Shown here one piece after another: positions 55,615 through 64,000 of a stretch of 64,000 nt of DNA. Within the stretch, counting starts at the first letter, position 1, and every line of letters starts with the position of its first letter. The notes below the pieces were generated by a model. The model worked only from the letters and a program-made list of their open reading frames with translations, made no database searches and was not told the origin of the DNA. The stretch is from assembly GCA_905331295.1 (NCBI GenBank), contig CAJNYD010000014.1, forward strand, positions 124,001 to 188,000, given 5' to 3'. Origin of the DNA: Rotaria socialis (taxonomy: Eukaryota). The position numbers and the translations under genes were made by a program.

Positions 55615-56503
55615 TTTTTAAATGTAATTATTTGTATCTTTCAATCGTTTACAATCTGCACTCAACGTCATCTGTGTTGCATTGAGTTTCCCTTTGAATG
55701 CTTCTATGGTATCGATTTGGCGTTCTACAGAACATTTGCATCACCTAGTATCTCAACTGTTTATACACAAACAAATACAATTGCCAGTGAAACAGAAAAA
55801 CGTGTCAATGATACTGATATCATAATGCATGCTTGGATTGATTACGGCCTGGATAGTGATGAAAGACGAGCGAGTATGAATCATCTGAATAATATTCGTA
55901 GTTCGTTCAGTAATCGAACGCGAAACGAAGATTTCATTTTTATCCTATCTTGTTTCATTGTTGATGCAATACGAATTATCAATGTCTTTGGTTGGCGACC
56001 TCTGAATGAAATTGAGAAACGAACAAATTATCAATTTCTATGAATAAGTCGGTCAAAGAATGAATTTGACAGATAGACCACAATCACTCGAAGAAGCAAA
56101 CCCACTCGTTAACGATTATATGGAGAGTGATGGATCTTCAAGATGTACACAGCAAGGACAAGTATTGACTAATTCCGTGCATAAACTGGTTCAAAAGTGG
56201 TATGATCCGTTTTTACCAGCTTCCTTAATTCGAGCTGTCTTAAACGCAATTATTTATGTTGTCGGCGGTGTAGCATTTCAGCAGAAACTTGGCTTACCAG
56301 TGCCATCACGATTGTCATGGTATGCTATCTATGGACTGGTGATTATTCGACGCAATATATGCAATTCGTTCCACCACGCAGAAACATTCACCGTCCCCTC
56401 CGATAATCTTATGGACAAAGATTACAAATGTCCAGTATCTAGAGCAAATTTTTTCCAAGTGGGACCATTGGAACTTATCGCAACATTTGTGAAAAATGCA
56501 TAG
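55615..56503 (+). pseudogene. DUF2236 / MpaB-Lcp-like oxygenase of microbial type, disrupted
   Basis: IEFPF...LAFYRTFASPSIS...EKRVNDT...GLDS...NEDFIFILSCFIVD.IR...FGWRPL, then a frameshift and stop near 56030-56047 (FYE*VGQRMNLTDRP). No introns and no ATG at the 5' end. Confidence 0.75.
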
Positions 56504-57181
56504 CATATGGGAACAGTTGAGATTCACTGATGTTATACATGATATATCAAGGGAGAAACATCGAACTTTGACTCCTCATAGTACAAAAGTACCTAAAAGT
56601 ACTTCAAAATACCTCAAAGGACTTCGAAGTACAAGGAATTCTTTAAAATAAATTATTCACAATACTGAATTGCCCAAAATTTCTTCTCATTTCTTGCATT
56701 GATAATAAGAATGTCTTGACTTAGCTAGGAATTCGTAATTTCTTAAATCGAAAATTAAGGAAAATTTTGACAATACAGAATATTGAAATCCATTAAAAAG
56801 AATGAGTAATTTTTTTTATAAATTTGTCAAGATGGTTTCTTTTAAGCCACTAAAAATTTTGAACATTTGATATTTTGAGACTTGGTAGTCTGTCGTAGTG
56901 CGTGATATCTTATAAATTTGAGAAAATATACAAATAATTATAGATCTTGTGGGTGTGGGTGAGACTAAATGTTAAATTTCCATATCCACACGCACACCCC
57001 ACGCCCTTAATTTTTGTAAGTAGATAGTTTATATCGAAAAGTCAAAAATACAATATGAGAACATAGAAAAAATGCATATTTAGATTTATTTTACAGTTTA
57101 ATGGAAATATATTCAAAACCAAAACAATTAAAAATTTTCTTTTTTTTTACTGTATCTTTAATAAAACAAAAGAGAAATATA

Positions 57182-57950
57182 TTACATAAATGATTTATTT
57201 GAATAAATCAATATTAAATTTGGATTATTATATTTAAATATATTAGCAATAAATTCTAATAGTTGATGATGAAAACGATTATATTGAATATATAAATACG
57301 AAAGTGTCATAATATTAAATATATCTTTTGGTAAATTTTCTAAATAATTATTATTCAGATTTAACCAATAAAGATTTTTAACATAACGAATTCTTGTTGG
57401 AATTAATTTAATACGATTAATATCGAAATAAAAATATTTTTTATAAATTATTTTCATAACCTAATGTTTCAATACCAACAAGATTAATAAGATAATTATT
57501 TGACATATATAAATTAGTTAATTGAGATAAATAAAGTGGAAGACGATCAATTGAACAATGTCTTACATCTAAGATTTTAAGTGATTTTAAACCATTTAAC
57601 ATTTGAATTGAACGAAGTTGACGATTATTTTTTAAATTTATTTTTGATAATAAATGAAGATTTTTAATAGTTGATGATAAAAAACTTAATGAAGATAAAT
57701 TTCCAATTTGATTTGGAACATTAATTAAATTAATATTTGATAACTCTAGTGTTTCAAGACCAATCGATTTTCCAATTTGTTCAAATATATTTTCAATAAA
57801 ACAATCATAAATACCTAAATGAATAAGTGATGATGGTAAATATTTCATATGAACAAGAATTCCTTTTTTAATATCACAAAAACTTGTATTTCGTATATCT
57901 AATTTTATTAAATATTTCAAACAATTAATTATTGATGGAACATAGATTTG
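57182..57950 (-). pseudogene. Leucine-rich repeat protein, frameshifted
   Basis: LxxLxLxxNxL repeats (LETLELSNINLINVPNQIGNLSSL; LYWLNLNNNYLENLP) split over two frames at ~57450, with apparent internal deletions. Confidence 0.7.
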
Positions 57951-58714
57951 ATAAGCAAATTCGTAAAAAGCAGAACACTAACAAACAAATAGAGTATTTT
58001 ATGCATCAAGAGAAAAGAAAAAACAAATATATAGAAAATATTAAATTCAATATAAAGTTTAGAGAATTGAATTGGATTAGCATCGTGTACAACTAATTTT
58101 TTTTCCATTTTCACGTCAGGTACCTCGGTCGTTCTCTATTCAAACACTGTAAATCGAATCTCTACGCAACTTTTTGTTCTTGGTAATAATAATTGTTGAG
58201 CTAAATACGAAAAACATTTTTTCATTATTTTTTTAAATAAATAAATATCTTACCATCTTTTTCATTGTAGTATAACTGAACAAGATATGGTCGTCGTACA
58301 GCAATTAGTCAACCTTGTGCACCGGGTAAAAATTTACATTTGAAAATTTTCTCCAGCAAAACGAAGAGATGCTAAATGAATATCAATACGTCGTTGTAGA
58401 ATAAGTTTTTGCTATTTTCCTTTTATAACTATAGAAAATAAATAGAGACATCAATGACTTTCAGCTCGTGCCAAAAAATGTTATGTTCGATTTGCATAGT
58501 GCATTGAAGCAATACTACCAACACCAGATTATTGTTCGAACTATTCAAAAATAATTAAATGACAGCAAAAAAAATAAACAAACAAAAGCGAATATGTTCA
58601 TGATCATCATCACTATATATTGATGGTGGAAATAAATACATTGGTATCCATCATATAAAAAGTGGCTATGCTGTTATATACAATAAATCAACAGTTACAA
58701 GTGAATATTCTTAC

Positions 58715-59703
58715 CAGAGACCGTCACAGGGCAGTCCTGCCCTGCCTTGCCCTGAGTCCTGCCCGGCCCTGTTTCAGGGCAGGGCGAAAAAATAGAAAGT
58801 TGCCCTGCCCTGTCCTGCCCTGATGGCAGGGCAGGGCAAAATTTTTTGCCCTGCGCCCTGATAATTTTTCCTATAAACTGATATACAGCAGATTTTTCAG
58901 TCGATTATGCTGACATGGTGATGGATTATAATGTATGTCATTATGCGCTAGTCACTGTGAAATTTGTTACTATGTCTAGTTCGGACAATATCAGTTTACT
59001 CATTTATTATCATATAATTCAATTATAAAAATAAAATACTGCTTCAAAGAGAAATGCAAAACATGGTAGAATCATTTAATATTGTATAAGAGAACGAGCT
59101 AATTTAAGAATTATGTGTATGATGAGCTTTTTTTTCTAAATGATTTCAGACATGAGTTTAGTGTTCCAAAGGAAATTTCACTTAAAGATTCAACATGTTC
59201 TAATGGTAAATTTCTTCGCATGTTTTAATTTTGTATGCTTAGTTCTCTATGTTTTAAATTATTTTCACTTGATATGAACTCATCCGGTTCTACAAAATTA
59301 GAAAATCTCTTGTTTCATGATAAATCTTACCACCCCATAATACACAATGAATCTCTTGCTACTGGTACATTTTGAAGAGTCTTTATTTATCCAGCACGAT
59401 GAGTTGAGGAGAATAAATGTGAAAGATTTACTCGATTTCTCACTTATTCAAATTATATACATATTCAATTCGCCAGATCACGATAAGCGCATTATTTTTG
59501 CAGTGAACTGATTTTCGTGATAATCTTAATTGCTGTTTGCTACTCATATTTAATTATGTTTTAAGCGCATATCTATATTTTCTCGAATATAGATAAATAA
59601 AATATGAGTACTTTACTTTTCAGCGGTTACAACATTTTCATTTAGTCTTTACCTTTTTCAATATTTCAGTTCAATTTATAATCATGCCCTGTGACGGTCT
59701 CTG
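58715..59703. mobile_element. Non-autonomous hAT-like DNA transposon (989 bp)
   Basis: Perfect 19-bp TIR CAGAGACCGTCACAGGGCA / TGCCCTGTGACGGTCTCTG, degenerate 8-bp TSD ATTCTTAC/AGTCATAC and GCCCT/AGGGC subterminal repeats on the left. Confidence 0.85.
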
Positions 59704-60235
59704 AGTCATACGCAAGAAAAATAGAGTGTGGATGTGGTTCTTGTTGCCTTTATTATCCCACCGCCACACCCTCAATTATTATTTTTCTTTTTTCTATTAT
59801 TGTAAAGTTTGTTCTGTGTACCTTAGTACGACGTTCATAATTACAAAAATTTTATCGAAATATTTCCTTACTTCCACTTTCATCTGTAGGTCATTTGTTG
59901 GAAATCTGTGTCATTTCGATGAACAGTTATCGGTTTTTTTCCAATTACGTTACCATGTGTCAAAAGAATATAAAATCAGAACAAAAATGTATCCTTTCTT
60001 TGGTATGAATAATAGCCAATGATTATTCTTTATTTAGCAATGAAATTCGAAGTACATGACTATTTTACTATTTTTTGTTACGAAGCTCATTCCATAATTC
60101 ATACAGGCATTTATTAACAACAGTAAACAACTTGTCAAATCTTTTAATTTTAATGATACACTTTTCCAACCTTAACTCAATACTGAGCTACCAACAAGAT
60201 GCATAAGAAAATTTTTAAGTATTGTTTGATCGCTC

Positions 60236-60411
60236 CCCAGGTCGTGGACGTACGGCGGGAAACGGCGGGAAAGCACAGGAAAGCGCTGGAAACTGGAATA
60301 CTGCTTCCAGTTTCCAGTGCTTTCCAGTGCTTTCCGCCCAGATACGGTGATTTTTCCGCATCTTTCCGGCCGATTCCTACAGTATCCGCCCTCCGGAATC
60401 ATTGACCTGGG
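60236..60411. mobile_element. MITE with CCCAGGTC...GACCTGGG termini, 2-bp TSD TC/TC
   Basis: tc-CCCAGGTCG...TTGACCTGGG-tc. The interior (GGAATACTGCTTCCA, GGTGATTTTTCC) resembles the 43019-43315 copy. Confidence 0.8.
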
Positions 60412-63400
60412 TCTGCTTTGCTGTTAATTTAATAATAATGATAAATGACGTAGTTGACATCGTCGCATTACTCCTCCATTTCATGATACATAATTATTAC
60501 ATAATACATGTAGATATTCCATGAACAATCATTTATTTCTTGCTTGTTGTATTGATCAGTATACAACACAATCGGATAAAACACATGATCTCCATCCATA
60601 CATCTCACTCAATATTATTGCTAGTGTGTTTATCTTCATAAAAGAGTTTCCTACAGTAATATCAATTTTATTCATCCTTTTTTGAAGCAGAAATTGGTGT
60701 ATATCCGTAAGCTTAGCCAGTTAATGGAAAAAATGACTGTGTTGAAGCACCTAGTCGGTCCAGCAAAATAGAGCCTATTTTGATCGAATCTTCTTTCCTA
60801 GAATCGGAGAGATATTATGCAAACATTCGCAATCTCCATAAATATTACCTGCATTTATCTTTGATCGATTACTAATCGGACACGAACAAAAGAAAGTATT
60901 TTTAGTTCCTTATGGATTCTTTTGATGAGTTGTTTTCCTGAAGCATATATACTATTTTTATTTTGTTTGACAAAAATTATTCATATAAAACAATGCAAAA
61001 ATTTTAGAGAGGTAATATCATTTTATTGACAAAATCAATATCAACAATGAGCAAAAAACACATTTTAACGATCACCAAAAAAATCTTTTTGAGCAAAAGA
61101 AATTATCAACATGAAAAAAAAATCGTCCATACGACAAACAAAAAACAGTAAATGTTAAAAACATTTTCTATTAATGATTGATGAGCCTGTTTCATCGTAA
61201 TCTTTTTTTGATGTTATTCAATTAGTACTGATGAATGATGATAGACATTGATTTCTAATAACGAAAATCTTTTAGCACTATCGTTCTGAAGACAGAGAAA
61301 GATAGTCACGTTCATGATTTCCTTAACTTTTATTCCAATTTGATTTGTATCAAATTGTTTCTTATCGTTGGATTTTCATTATCCCATAGATTAGGCACAA
61401 GAAATTCTTCAGTTAATGATTGATAGTTACTAATATCATTTTTTATTAAATCTACTGCTCATAAACGATCAATAGCATAGGCTAACCTGTGAGATTCATT
61501 ATCAGATATTAATGTATCAATAAATTGCATTCATGAATGGTATGTTGAATTATTTTATAAATGAATTGCTGAACGAAATACTTTATCTGTAAACATTGAT
61601 TATAGAGATAACTATTCATTTCGACATAAACAAAAATGAATGAATTGATCGATTAGTGTTGAATCATCAATGGATGGATATGGCCCAGGCAAAACTAAAC
61701 TTAGGTAGATTTCATTTTTGATTGAGCGCAAAAATGCAGTATAATTTTCTTATATTCAGAAATAAATTTTCATTTTCATTTTTATCAAAAATACACCAGA
61801 TAGTTATTTCGTTCTAAATTACCTAAGAACAACATTCATATTCACTTATTCAGACTAACGTATGCAACAATCAAATCTTTGCTCGTCGGCTTCAGAAAAC
61901 GATGTTTAAAATAATTTCTATGAGCAAGCAAGTCAATAAATCTATTTTTTGAATCTTGAATTCCAAAAAAGACAATTGCTATTCTATCACAGGGAACACA
62001 AAGTTTAAAAATAATAGTCATTCCTGTTTCGGTCGGAACATGACTCAACAAATTGTAAGAACATAATTCATGTTACAATGTACATATAACCTAAAAATCT
62101 CGTTACATTCTAAGACAAAGAAGAAACGATAAAAAAAGTACTCAAATACAAGCCAGCTTATAGCTCCGAGCTTTGAAATTATTGGAATATTTTCCTTTTC
62201 ATCTCTTTTTTTAATATAGGTGACATATATCAATCGAATTAAATCAAAAAAAAACAGAGATGCAAAATAAAATACTCTAAATAATCTCAAAGCCTCCCCA
62301 CTCCCGGTGCTCCTAAATTCATTTCAAATTCTATTGAGTACAGTTGTAAAATCTACAACTTCCTAAATTCAACTAGACTTCAATTAAAGTTAAATATTAA
62401 CTTAATATATATATAAGATTAGCTCTTTAAAATCATTTTTTCTGTTTTTTAAATTTCTAAACGTTTTAAAAACTCTGTTTAATTTTGCCTGAGACATAAG
62501 CACTCCAATTGAAGTTATTTTATTGTAATGTTTTAGTTCGATTACATCTTCAGATGCATACAAATAAAACTTTACTATTACACGTGTAAGTGATGAGAAG
62601 AAGAGACATAAATAAAAGTTTATGACATTAATTACTTTCGTACTCCTTTTTTTATTATCACCTAAATCTTCGAACATTGATATATTTATCTGCAAGAATT
62701 AAACGTTGTTCAAAGAATAATAGGACTTTGATGCTCGCAAAAAATGATGTTTTTCTGAGAGACAACAGAATATCTCATATTCTCTTTTCTTATTAGGTTG
62801 TCGTATTGAATGAAAATGCTTGCATCTCATGTTACTGTATTTGATTGTTAAGATTGAATATTTCTATTTGTTGAACTCGTAAATGAGAAATATCAATTGG
62901 ACATTTGTTAGAGATGTATAATATCTAAATCTATTTAAATCTATTTGATCATCTACAGTATTCATTGATGAAAATATATTCTGTTATAATGTATTCAAGA
63001 TAATAACTTGGATATATCAATTTTTCTTCGCAATAAAAAAAAATAAGAAATAAGAAACATTTTTGTTTCAGTGAACTATTAAATATCCTCACTAAATCTG
63101 ATTAGATTTACCCACTGTCGACCGAGTAAGATCGAGGGTATCGTTAAATTAAATTCTAGTGCACTTAATTTTGCTTACTAGAAAAATCATCTTGCTTATT
63201 GGCGACATCTTTTACATTATTTTTAAAGCCCTTAAATGCATACATGAAGAAAAAGATATCTCATAGAAATAAATGTTTTTCGAGTAAGATATTTTTCGAA
63301 TTGTTCAATATTTCAGAATGTAAGTCCCGTGTAACATGATTGGTGATCTTTAGTGTTCAACATATCACACTAATTGATAAAAAGATTGATTGAATATTTT

Positions 63401-64000
63401 TTCTTTGTATCACTGATTGGAAATTAAAAGAACATGCAGACTATTATCAACAAATAATTGCCTATCGCCATTTTCTCTAATACTCAACTCTACTGTATGA
63501 TATCGACTAATTTTTTCTGAATGAATCCAAAACTATATTAAATATAATATTTGTCGTGATACGTTTCTTTCAGTTCTAGTTAGATTTTTCTAAGAGAACG
63601 AAGAATATGAGGCATAAATATCGAGAATAATGACAATAACTAAACAGACTGAGTACAATTCGACCTATTCCTGGTATACTATAGTCAGTTCTTAGCGATT
63701 ACTTTTGTTTCGAGGAGAAACATCAATATTAAGCAAATACACGAGTTTAGACTTGATTTTGCTGTGTGCATTAGTTATAAACATTGATATGTTGTCCTAA
63801 TGAAAAATATTTGGAAAAAAACCGGCATAGAACGCGTTTATGAGAGCATGGAAACTTGTCTTTTACGCGAAGAACTCGTTCCACAGTTTAGTGAACGCGT
63901 TCATAAACGAAAAGAAATGTTCTGAATCTGAAGTAACGTGTTCTTTACTGTTCCACACTATTACGGAACGGTTTATTCTCAGCTCAAAAATGGTTCTCTA

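Noticed and set aside
60560..63250. Coding-like fragments, possibly decayed genes
   Set aside because: Too many stops and no motif I can assign without a search.

Overview
This is AT-rich eukaryotic DNA with many short (~50-65 nt) GT-AG introns. The intron style, gene content and repeat types suggest a bdelloid rotifer (inference, not confirmed). Because the DNA is spliced, the ORF track shows exon fragments, and I assembled the gene models by hand. The left ~38 kb is a compact housekeeping cluster: an ABCB9/TAP-like half transporter broken by an assembly gap, a small membrane protein, neutral sphingomyelinase, PSMD7/Rpn8, BAP18, an unknown gene, a domain-permuted nucleolin-like protein, a Kv channel, FAM185A, SRSF11/SREK1 and RAP1GDS1. 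The right ~26 kb is transposon-rich. It holds CCC...GGG-ended MITEs, a Gypsy remnant, a hAT element, RBBP9, a Cys-rich surface protein, a second Kv channel, a bacterial-type DUF2236/MpaB pseudogene and an LRR pseudogene. The main highlights are: (1) a ~265-bp-arm inverted repeat carrying a minimal type I hammerhead ribozyme of the Penelope type, just upstream of and in sense with a host gene; (2) two Kv paralogues with non-canonical selectivity filters and no PVP gate; (3) an operon-like PSMD7-SMPD2-membrane protein run with donor-less splice acceptors at start codons.
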